Source: Candidatus Omnitrophota bacterium (GTDB taxonomy: Bacteria > Omnitrophota > Gorgyraeia > Zapsychrales > Zapsychraceae). Taken from it: DNA of 64,000 bases. The notes under the pieces were generated by a model. It was not told where the DNA came from and did not search any database. It worked only from the letters and a program-made list of their open reading frames with translations. Made by a program: the position numbers and the translations under genes. Positions 56,943-64,000 of the stretch are shown here, one piece after another. The DNA is taken from the NCBI GenBank assembly GCA_029261055.1, contig JAJDCA010000044.1, forward strand, positions 13,867-77,866, read 5' to 3'. How positions within the stretch are numbered: the stretch's first letter is position 1; every line of letters begins with the position of its first letter.

Positions 56943-57893
56943 ATGAGCGAAGAAAATAAAGAAAACAATGACAATCCTTTAAATACTGGACCGATAAGCC
57001 GTAGAGATTTCCTTAAGCGCGGGGCTGTTTTAACCTCCGGTATTACAGCTATGGTGGCCGCCCTTTCGCCATTGAAACAGCTTGAAGATACATTTGATAT
57101 GGAGGAGTTTGTTCAGAAACATTACAAAGAATTAACCCCAAAAGAAATGGAAGGGGTTTTAAAACGCATTGCTAAAAAAGTCGAAAAGAAATATGGAACA
57201 ACCCCAAACGTCCAAGATATCAAACCACAAGAAGGGGTGGAATTTTCCTATGCCTTAAATCTTTCCCGTTGTATTGGATGCCGTCGTTGCGTGCATGCCT
57301 GTGTTGATGAAAACAATCAATCACGCAGTCCTGAAGTCCAGTACATCCGTGTCTTAAAAATGCCACAGGGAACCATGGATATGGAAAAGGGTGACCATCA
57401 TTACAATGTAAAGAAAGTACCCGAAGAAGGACATTTTTATATGCCGGTTCAATGTCATCAATGCGAAAAACCACCCTGTGTTAAAGTTTGTCCCGTTGAA
57501 GCGACTTGGCAAGAACCAGATGGCATCACGGTTATCGATTACGACTGGTGTATCGGTTGCCGGTATTGTGAAGCAGCCTGTCCTTATTGGGCCAGACGAT
57601 TTAATTTTTCCGAGCCTTCCATTCCTAAAGAAAAGATAAATCCAAACATGAATTATTTATCTAATCGTCCCCGATCTAAAGGGGTTATGGAAAAATGTCA
57701 TTTTTGTTTACAACGGACACGCGAAGGAAAACTTCCCGCGTGTTTAGAAGTTTGCCCAACAGGGTCGCGAACATTCGGTAATATTTTGGATCCTGAAAGT
57801 GAAATTTCCTATATATTGAAAAACAAACGTGTGTTTGTTTTAAAAGAAGAGGCAGGGACTCTGCCGAGATTTTTTTATTACTTTGATAAATAA
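56943..57893 (+). CDS. NrfC/HybA-like periplasmic 4x[4Fe-4S] subunit, TAT-exported
   Basis: TAT signal (ISRRDFLKRGAVLTSG). Boxes CIGCRRCVHAC, CHQCEKPPCVKVCP, CIGCRYCEAACP, CHFCLQR ... CLEVCPTG. I set the start at the ATG at 56943, after the stop of the cytochrome gene, rather than track ORF 56862. Confidence 0.85.
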   Translation: MSEENKENNDNPLNTGPISRRDFLKRGAVLTSGITAMVAALSPLKQLEDTFDMEEFVQKHYKELTPKEMEGVLKRIAKKVEKKYGTTPNVQDIKPQEGVEFSYALNLSRCIGCRRCVHACVDENNQSRSPEVQYIRVLKMPQGTMDMEKGDHHYNVKKVPEEGHFYMPVQCHQCEKPPCVKVCPVEATWQEPDGITVIDYDWCIGCRYCEAACPYWARRFNFSEPSIPKEKINPNMNYLSNRPRSKGVMEKCHFCLQRTREGKLPACLEVCPTGSRTFGNILDPESEISYILKNKRVFVLKEEAGTLPRFFYYFDK

Positions 57894-59125
57894 TGGCTAA
57901 AGCACTCCTAAATTATATCTCTTTTCTTTGCCGATGCGTTGCCATCAGCTTTAAAGGTTCAACTAGGTTTTATGCCTGGATGACATTCTTAACGGTTTTA
58001 ACGCTTATTGGATTGAATGCCTACTGTAAACAACTTGTGCATGGTTTGCATATGACGGGGATGACGGATCAAGTTTCTTGGGGCGCTTACATTGCCAATT
58101 TTACATATTTAGTCGGTATGGCTGCTGCAGCCGTCATGCTTGTGATTCCGGTATATTTATACAAAAATAAAGAGTTAGAAGACGTTGTCATTATTGGTGA
58201 ACTTTTTGCCATTGCCGCCATTATTATGGCTCTTTTATTTGTAGTGGTGGATTTAGGTCGTCCAGACCGATTTTGGCATTTAATTCCGTTTATTGGAAAA
58301 TTTAACTGGCCAATTTCCATGCTGAGTTGGGATGTTGTTGTTCTTAATATTTATCTTCTTTTAAATATGCATGTATGCGGTTATTTGCTTTACATGCGCT
58401 ACTTAAGACGTAAGCCGACCAAAGCATTCTATTTACCCTTTGTGTTTATTTCCATTATTTGGGCTGTTAGCATTCATACGGTGACCGCATTTTTATTTGC
58501 CGGATTAGGAGGGCGTCCATTTTGGAATACGGCTATTTTGGGACCACGCTTTATTGCGTCAGCCTTTGTTTCCGGTCCGGCTTTTATTGTCTTGTCGTTA
58601 CAGTTTATTCGACGTTTTAGCGATTACAAAATTGCAGACCAAGCTTTATTTACATTGCGTAAATTAATGCAAGTGGCTATGCTCATCAGCTTTTTTCTAT
58701 TCTTAAATGAATTTTTTGTTGAACTTTACACCGATTCTTTGCATGTAGCGTCCATGCAATATTTATTTTTTGGTTTGCATGGCCACAATGCATTAGTGCC
58801 CTGGATTTGGACAGCGATTGCATTTAATTTTACGGCTTTAATTTTATTTGTTTTACCAGCTTCGCGGAGTATTAAATGGCTTAACTTAGCTTGTATTTTA
58901 TCGGTAGTCGGCATATGGATTGAAAAAGGGATGGGGCTTATTATCCCGGGATTTATTCCAACACCTTTGGGAGAAATTGTGGAATACACGCCTTCATGGA
59001 ATGAAATATTGATTTGTGTCGGTATTTGGGCTTTTGGATTTTTGATTTATACAATTTTATTAAAAACATCGATTCCTGTATTACTAGGTAAGTTGCATAT
59101 TAAACATAAAGAGGCAAAGAAGTAA
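57893..59125 (+). CDS. NrfD-family polytopic membrane quinol dehydrogenase subunit
   Basis: 410 aa with ~10 TM helices. TAATG overlap with the FeS subunit, the same gene order as E. coli nrfC-nrfD. Confidence 0.8.
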   Translation: MAKALLNYISFLCRCVAISFKGSTRFYAWMTFLTVLTLIGLNAYCKQLVHGLHMTGMTDQVSWGAYIANFTYLVGMAAAAVMLVIPVYLYKNKELEDVVIIGELFAIAAIIMALLFVVVDLGRPDRFWHLIPFIGKFNWPISMLSWDVVVLNIYLLLNMHVCGYLLYMRYLRRKPTKAFYLPFVFISIIWAVSIHTVTAFLFAGLGGRPFWNTAILGPRFIASAFVSGPAFIVLSLQFIRRFSDYKIADQALFTLRKLMQVAMLISFFLFLNEFFVELYTDSLHVASMQYLFFGLHGHNALVPWIWTAIAFNFTALILFVLPASRSIKWLNLACILSVVGIWIEKGMGLIIPGFIPTPLGEIVEYTPSWNEILICVGIWAFGFLIYTILLKTSIPVLLGKLHIKHKEAKK

Positions 59126-59216
59126 GAGGCAAGAGGCAGAGAAAAAAACTATAAAATAAAAAAATTCTTTAATTTTTTTATCTTTGCTTCTTATCTCTTT
59201 GATTTTTACTTCTCTT
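59108..59216. repeat. Purine-arm / pyrimidine-arm inverted-repeat element, copy A (overlaps the 3' end of the NrfD-like gene and the intergenic region)
   Basis: AAAGAGGCAAAGAAGTAAGAGGCAAGAGGCAGAGAAAAAAA, then an AT-rich spacer, then TCTTTGCTTCTTATCTCTTTGATTTTTACTTCTCTT. Related to copies B and C. Confidence 0.55.
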
Positions 59217-59232
59217 AAAAAAGGAGGATGGC

Positions 59233-60678
59233 ATGAAGCAAAAAATTTTAACATTTATTATCGGAACGGTTTTTGTTCTATGCGTTTCACAAGCCCAAGC
59301 CGGCATGTTCGGGCCAAGTGAAAAAACTGCTCAGACAAAAAAATGTCTGGACTGTCACAAAACAGAAACCCCGGTTATTACCCAACAATGGGGTGCCAGC
59401 AAACATTATCGAGGTAATGTTGGATGTTTTGAATGTCACAACGCAGAAAAAAATGACAAGGATGCATTCAAGCATTATGGAGAGTATATTTCAACAATTG
59501 TTTCTCCTAAAGATTGTGCCCGTTGTCATCAAAAGGAAGTTTCTGAGTTTGAAGATTCTCACCATTCTAAGGGCGCACGAATTCTTGGTTCCTTAGACAA
59601 TCGTTTGGCCGAGGTGGTCGAAGGAAATAATCAGTTTGTGACCCCTGGTTTTCCTGAAGGGAATTCATCGGCTGCAGTTAATGGCTGTTGGCAGTGTCAT
59701 GGGTCAGAAGTAAAAGTACTTTCTGGAGGAAAACTAGATCCTGCAACATGGCCAAACTCCGGTATTGGACGGATTAACCCGGATGGTTCTGAAGGTTCTT
59801 GCTCAGCCTGCCATTCTCGTCATCGATTTTCTGTTGAACAAGCCCGTAATCCAGAAAATTGTGGTAAATGCCATATGGGACCGGATCATCCACAAATTGA
59901 AATTTATGAAGAGTCAAAGCACGGCATTGCATTTCATGCCAATAAAGACAAAATGAATATGGCCAATGAAAAATGGGTTCTAGGAGAAGATTACAATGCT
60001 GCTCCGACGTGTGCCACATGCCATATGAGTGCAACGCCTGATCAAGACGTCACACACGATGTAGGGTTACGTATCAGCTGGAATAACCGCCCAATTACAT
60101 CAATCCGTCCTGAAGTATCTGATGCTAAAATGGGATTGCCTGGAAAAGATATTTTATGGGAAGAACGCCGGGCTAATATGAAAAATGTATGTTTAAATTG
60201 TCACAATCAATCTTATGTAGATAATTTTTACACTCAATATGACAGCTTAATTGAACTCTACAATGAAAAATTTGCTAAACCTGGGAAAGCGTTAATGGCT
60301 TTAGCTAAACCTTTGCTTAAACCAGTTGTGTTTGGAAACAAACTTGATTTTATCTGGTTTGAAATTTGGCACCATGAAGGCCGTCGAGCTCGTCACGGGG
60401 CTTCAATGATGGGCCCAGATTATACACATTGGCATGGAACTTATGAAGTTGCCAAAAACTTCTACACTGAATTAATTCCAGAACTAGAAGAGCTTGCCGA
60501 AAAATACCTTCATTCTAACATTGAAGAAAAAAAGGCTCAGGCTAAAAAATTACAATCAAAAATTAATGAAGTTCTAAACTCTGATGATCATAAATGGTAT
60601 ATTAATAAAATGGATCCTGCAGAGATGCAAAAACGGAAAGCTGCACAGAAAGAGTTTAAGGAAAGATATTCAAAATAA
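59233..60678 (+). CDS. Periplasmic octahaem c-type cytochrome (HAO/epsilon-Hao / octahaem nitrite- or tetrathionate-reductase superfamily; subfamily not resolved)
   Basis: Signal peptide. Eight CxxCH motifs (CLDCHK, CFECHN, CARCHQ, CWQCHG, CSACHS, CGKCHM, CATCHM, CLNCHN) in 481 aa. Confidence 0.85.
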   Translation: MKQKILTFIIGTVFVLCVSQAQAGMFGPSEKTAQTKKCLDCHKTETPVITQQWGASKHYRGNVGCFECHNAEKNDKDAFKHYGEYISTIVSPKDCARCHQKEVSEFEDSHHSKGARILGSLDNRLAEVVEGNNQFVTPGFPEGNSSAAVNGCWQCHGSEVKVLSGGKLDPATWPNSGIGRINPDGSEGSCSACHSRHRFSVEQARNPENCGKCHMGPDHPQIEIYEESKHGIAFHANKDKMNMANEKWVLGEDYNAAPTCATCHMSATPDQDVTHDVGLRISWNNRPITSIRPEVSDAKMGLPGKDILWEERRANMKNVCLNCHNQSYVDNFYTQYDSLIELYNEKFAKPGKALMALAKPLLKPVVFGNKLDFIWFEIWHHEGRRARHGASMMGPDYTHWHGTYEVAKNFYTELIPELEELAEKYLHSNIEEKKAQAKKLQSKINEVLNSDDHKWYINKMDPAEMQKRKAAQKEFKERYSK

Positions 60679-60848
60679 GAGAATCAGAGAGGTAAAGAGG
60701 TAAGAAGCAGAGATAAAAAACAGAGAATAACTTACTCTAAAAAAAGCAGTAAAATATAGAAACAAGCCTCAGAGAAATAATAAGGTCAATTAATTTAATT
60801 TTGTTTTTTCTCTGCACCTTTGTTTCTTACACCTCTGCTTCTTTAAAA
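60677..60848. repeat. Purine-arm / pyrimidine-arm inverted-repeat element, copy B (entire octahaem-napD intergenic region)
   Basis: Purine arm AGAGGTAAAGAGGTAAGAAGCAGAGATAAAAAAC. Downstream pyrimidine arm TTTTGTTTTTTCTCTGCACCTTTGTTTCTTACACCTCTGCTTCTTT is its imperfect reverse complement. Confidence 0.6.
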
Positions 60849-60852
60849 AACA

Positions 60853-61125
60853 ATGCCAATATCCAGTCTAATCATAAAAACACAAAAACAAGAAATCCAA
60901 AAGGTGGCCGATGAATTGCGCCGACTTAAAGGAACGATTGTTTCTGATGTACTAGATGAAAATATTGTGGTGGTAACCGAAACTGAAGATCGTAAAGAAG
61001 ATAAATCGCTTTGGGACCAAATGGAAAAAATCTCTGGCGTTATGCAAGTCGATTTGATTTACCATAACTTTGAAGATGCTGAAGAGAATCAAGAGGCAAA
61101 GATACAAGAAGCAGAGATAAAATAA
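60853..61125 (+). CDS. napD: NapD-like TAT-signal-binding chaperone for NapA
   Basis: 90 aa. Lies immediately upstream of napA. Small ferredoxin-like alpha/beta pattern (IVSDVLDENIVVVTE ... GVMQVDLIYHNFED). Assigned by position and size, so confidence is moderate. Confidence 0.55.
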   Translation: MPISSLIIKTQKQEIQKVADELRRLKGTIVSDVLDENIVVVTETEDRKEDKSLWDQMEKISGVMQVDLIYHNFEDAEENQEAKIQEAEIK

Positions 61126-61180
61126 TATTATTTTTTTGTTTTTTCTCTGCTTCTTGCTTCTATACAACTTGCTTCTTGTT
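61081..61180. repeat. Purine-arm / pyrimidine-arm inverted-repeat element, copy C (3' end of napD to the napA leader)
   Basis: CAAGAAGCAGAG (61104-61115) and CTCTGCTTCTTG form a perfect 12-bp inverted repeat around an AT loop. TTTTGTTTTTTCTCTGC is shared verbatim with copy B. Confidence 0.6.
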
Positions 61181-61196
61181 AGAGAGGAGTTAACAA

Positions 61197-63545
61197 ATGA
61201 CTAATTTTACCCGTCGAGAATTTCTTAAAATGTCCGCACAGATGGCCGCATTGGCGGCATTAGGGTTAAGTACTCTAAACTCTACTGTTGCCGAGGCTGA
61301 AGAAGTGGCTGATGGTTTAACCTGGCAAAAAGCACCTTGCCGTTTCTGTGGAACAGGATGTGGTGTCATGGTAGGTGTTAAAAAAGGGCGTGTTGTAGCT
61401 GTTCAAGGTGATCGCGAAAATCCTGTTAACCGCGGTTTATTATGTGCCAAAGGATATCATGTTGGTGCGGCCTTGTATGGAGCCGATCGTTTAAAACGGC
61501 CTATGCTGCGCAAAGGTGGAAAACTCCAACCGGTTTCATGGGATCTAGCCATTAACACAATAGCTGATAAAATCGTCGAAGACCCCACACGCTTTGCCAT
61601 TTATGGTTCCGGTCAATGGACCATTCCCGAAGGCTTTACCGCCATGAAATTTCTTAAAGGTGGGTTAGGAAGTAATCACATTGATCCTAATGCCCGACTG
61701 TGTATGGCCAGTGCCGTGGTTGGATTCATCAAGACCTTTGGCGTAGATGAACCTTCCGGATGTTACGATGATTTAGATAGTTGTGATACGGTCATCTGTT
61801 GGGGGAATAACTGGGCGGAAATGCATCCGATTTTATATTCCCGTTTTATCGACCGCAAAAATAAATTTGAGAAAGTTACTATGGTCGATATGGCCACACG
61901 CCGAACACGCACAACGGAAGCCGCAGACCATTACATTGAATTCCGCCCCCAATCTGATCTCGCTATTGCCAACGGTATTTGTTATCTGCTTCTTAAAAAT
62001 AAAACTTACGATGCAAAATTTGTAGCCGAACGGGCACGATTTAAATCGAACGATGGAAAAGATATTACTTTAGATCAATACTTCGAATTTCTGAAAGATT
62101 ACACCCCGGAAAAAGTGTCCAAAATATCGAATGTGCCTGTCGGGCAGATTAAAATGTTGGCGGATATTTTTGCTGATCCCAAACGCAAAGTTGTATCTTT
62201 GTGGTGCATGGGCATGAATCAGCACACACGGGGAACGTGGATTAATAATCTTGTTTATAATGTCCATCTTCTAGCTGGAAAAATCGGAAAACCAGGCAGC
62301 ACGCCATTTTCCTTAACGGGTCAACCCAGTGCCTGTGGCACATGTCGAGAAGTCGGAACATTGGCACATGCCTTACCCGGTGGCCGTGTGGTTAAAAATG
62401 AAGGACACCGCAAAGAGGCCGAAGAATTATGGAATCTCAAGCCTGGCACGATCAATCCAAAACCCGGATTTCATACGGTTAAAATGTTTAAGGCCTTGGC
62501 CTCAGGGGACATTACCGGTATGTGGGTTCAAGTGACTAATCCAGGCCAGTCCATGCCGAATTTAAATTTGACCCTTCAAAAGGCAAATGATCGTTTTTTT
62601 GTGGTCTCAGAGATCTATCCAACGGCTACTACAAAATATGCCGATGTTGTTTTACCGTCATCTACCTGGGTTGAAAAAAATGGTCTTTTTGGCAATACAG
62701 AGCGTCGTACACAGCAATGGTTCAAGATGATTGAACCTCCAGGTGAAGCGCGGGATGATGTCTGGCAGATGTTAGCCGTAGCCCGTAAGTTGTACGAAAA
62801 AGGCTTTGAAGGCATGAAAAATAAAGACGGTGAATTTTTATTTACCATGCGTGATGAAAAGGGTAAAGAAATTCACCATTGGAAATGGGATGTTTACAAA
62901 AAACATAATATCGATAAAATCCTTTTTGAAGAATATCGCCCTTTTACAACTAAGAAACATAAAGATATTGCCCCGTACGATGTATATGTTGAAAATCGTG
63001 GTTTACGATGGCCCGTGGTTCAAAATGGCAACGGTCAATGGAAAGAAACCAAACGACGCTTTGTGGAAGGCGAAGATCCTTTTGTAGAAAAAGGGGACGG
63101 CATTTCTTTTTACATGGCCAAGGCTGGCGACAAAAAAGCTATTATTTGGGCACGCCCGTATGAAGCCCCACCCGAGGTGCCCGATGAACAATATCCATTT
63201 TGGTTGTGTACAGGACGCGTCCTTGAACATTGGCATACCGGTACAATGACCGGCCGTGTTAAAGAATTAAAAAATGCCATGCCGCATGCCTTTGTGGATA
63301 TTCATCCAGCGGATGCCGAAAATCTCGGTGTCTACAATGGAGACCGTGTACGCATTAAATCCCGACGAGGATCCATAACACTTCCGGTGTCAGTCAACGG
63401 TCGTTCCGTGCCACAAAAAGGTTTAGTTTTTGTTCCATTTTTCGATGAAGCCAAATTGATTAACCAAGTGACCTTAGAAGCCTATTGTCCTTTGTCTAAA
63501 GAGCCAGATTATAAAAAATGTGCGGTTTTAATTGAGAAAGTTTAA
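61197..63545 (+). CDS. napA: Periplasmic nitrate reductase catalytic subunit
   Basis: TAT signal (TRREFLKMSAQMAALAALG). CRFCGTGCGV ... LLCAKG FeS box. HIDPNARLCMASAVVGF Mo-Cys region. TGRVLEHWHTG C-terminal motif. All are classic NapA signatures. Confidence 0.95.
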   Translation: MTNFTRREFLKMSAQMAALAALGLSTLNSTVAEAEEVADGLTWQKAPCRFCGTGCGVMVGVKKGRVVAVQGDRENPVNRGLLCAKGYHVGAALYGADRLKRPMLRKGGKLQPVSWDLAINTIADKIVEDPTRFAIYGSGQWTIPEGFTAMKFLKGGLGSNHIDPNARLCMASAVVGFIKTFGVDEPSGCYDDLDSCDTVICWGNNWAEMHPILYSRFIDRKNKFEKVTMVDMATRRTRTTEAADHYIEFRPQSDLAIANGICYLLLKNKTYDAKFVAERARFKSNDGKDITLDQYFEFLKDYTPEKVSKISNVPVGQIKMLADIFADPKRKVVSLWCMGMNQHTRGTWINNLVYNVHLLAGKIGKPGSTPFSLTGQPSACGTCREVGTLAHALPGGRVVKNEGHRKEAEELWNLKPGTINPKPGFHTVKMFKALASGDITGMWVQVTNPGQSMPNLNLTLQKANDRFFVVSEIYPTATTKYADVVLPSSTWVEKNGLFGNTERRTQQWFKMIEPPGEARDDVWQMLAVARKLYEKGFEGMKNKDGEFLFTMRDEKGKEIHHWKWDVYKKHNIDKILFEEYRPFTTKKHKDIAPYDVYVENRGLRWPVVQNGNGQWKETKRRFVEGEDPFVEKGDGISFYMAKAGDKKAIIWARPYEAPPEVPDEQYPFWLCTGRVLEHWHTGTMTGRVKELKNAMPHAFVDIHPADAENLGVYNGDRVRIKSRRGSITLPVSVNGRSVPQKGLVFVPFFDEAKLINQVTLEAYCPLSKEPDYKKCAVLIEKV

Positions 63546-63548
63546 CAT

Positions 63549-64000
63549 ATGAAAAAATATAAAAACGTATTTCTCACCCTATTCTTACTTGCGGCTGCAA
63601 TAGTTGTATTAGTAAAACCATCTGTCGTAACGGCTAAAAAACAATTAACGCCGGTTAAAGAACTTTCGAAACGGGAAGACCTACGTGCGTTTTACACGGC
63701 CCCACCCGTCATTCCTCATGAAGTAACAGATAACCGGGGGAATAAAGAATGTTTGTATTGCCATAACGAGGTTCTTAAAATTGAAAATCGTTTTTCTGTT
63801 AAAACACCTCATCCGCAATTTACAAATTGCCAACAATGTCATGTGCAAAGGCTGAAGCCGGAGACACCTGTTGCTTCTACATGGCAAGGCTTAAAAGAAC
63901 CAAAACAAGGGACAAGGGCTCATGAAGTTGCACCACCAACGATTCCACACCGTATTTTTTTAAGAGAAAATTGCAACACATGCCACGGCGCAAAAAATCC
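63549..64000 (+). CDS. napB: NapB-like periplasmic c-type cytochrome, 5' partial (runs off the window end)
   Basis: I translated it by hand. Signal peptide MKKYKNVFLTLFLLAAAIVV. Two NapB-type APP(V/T)IPH ... CxxCH units (APPVIPHEV..CLYCHN and APPTIPHRIF..CNTCHG) plus CQQCHV. Starts 3 bp after the napA stop. Confidence 0.7.
   Translation, partial: MKKYKNVFLTLFLLAAAIVVLVKPSVVTAKKQLTPVKELSKREDLRAFYTAPPVIPHEVTDNRGNKECLYCHNEVLKIENRFSVKTPHPQFTNCQQCHVQRLKPETPVASTWQGLKEPKQGTRAHEVAPPTIPHRIFLRENCNTCHGAKN

Noticed and set aside
59108-61180. Possible CRISPR array, suggested by the repeated AGAGG/GCAGAG-rich sequences
   Set aside because: There are only three copies, they are not identical, their spacing follows gene ends rather than a fixed period, and they overlap coding 3' ends. 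There is no cas gene. I interpret them as an inverted-repeat regulatory or REP-like element.

Overview
AT-rich bacterial chromosomal segment with about 56 protein-coding genes, nearly all on the + strand and mostly separated by 0-15 bp gaps or ATGA/TAATG overlaps, so they look like long operons. I found no rRNA, tRNA, transposase/IS, CRISPR or obvious phage genes. The first ~26 kb is housekeeping. It encodes a GT-C membrane glycosyltransferase, archaeal-type cofactor-independent phosphoglycerate mutase (apgM), aspartokinase, a CimA/LeuA-family synthase, valS, acs, a three-subunit succinate dehydrogenase/fumarate reductase (sdhCAB), haem genes (hemN, hemE, hemY), cytochrome c maturation system II (resB, ccsA), tatA and moeA. 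The remaining ~38 kb is a dense anaerobic-respiration island. It starts with a divergent LysR regulator next to a ttrBCA-ordered molybdoenzyme (FeS / NrfD-like membrane / catalytic subunit) plus a TorD-like chaperone, followed by paralogous outer-membrane beta-barrels. Molybdenum cofactor genes follow (moaA, a mobB-mobA fusion, moaD). The centrepiece is an unusual 13.6-kb operon: a GltD-like NAD(P)/FAD/FeS flavoprotein, Rieske protein, cytochrome b, a ~10-haem cytochrome c, a divergent TAT-exported NapA-like molybdoenzyme, and two NapG/NapH-family polyferredoxin pairs in mirrored order. After that come an NrfBCD-like quinol dehydrogenase module feeding an octahaem cytochrome c, then a canonical napD-napA-napB (napB truncated by the window end). 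Non-coding signals include a REP-like palindromic element family (GGGCATGA-TAAA-TCATGCCC) and a threefold-repeated purine-arm/pyrimidine-arm inverted-repeat element in the three consecutive intergenic regions around the octahaem cytochrome and napD. There are also several structured GC-rich intergenic segments and two intrinsic-terminator candidates. All calls rest on reading the translations and DNA by eye. No database searches were run.
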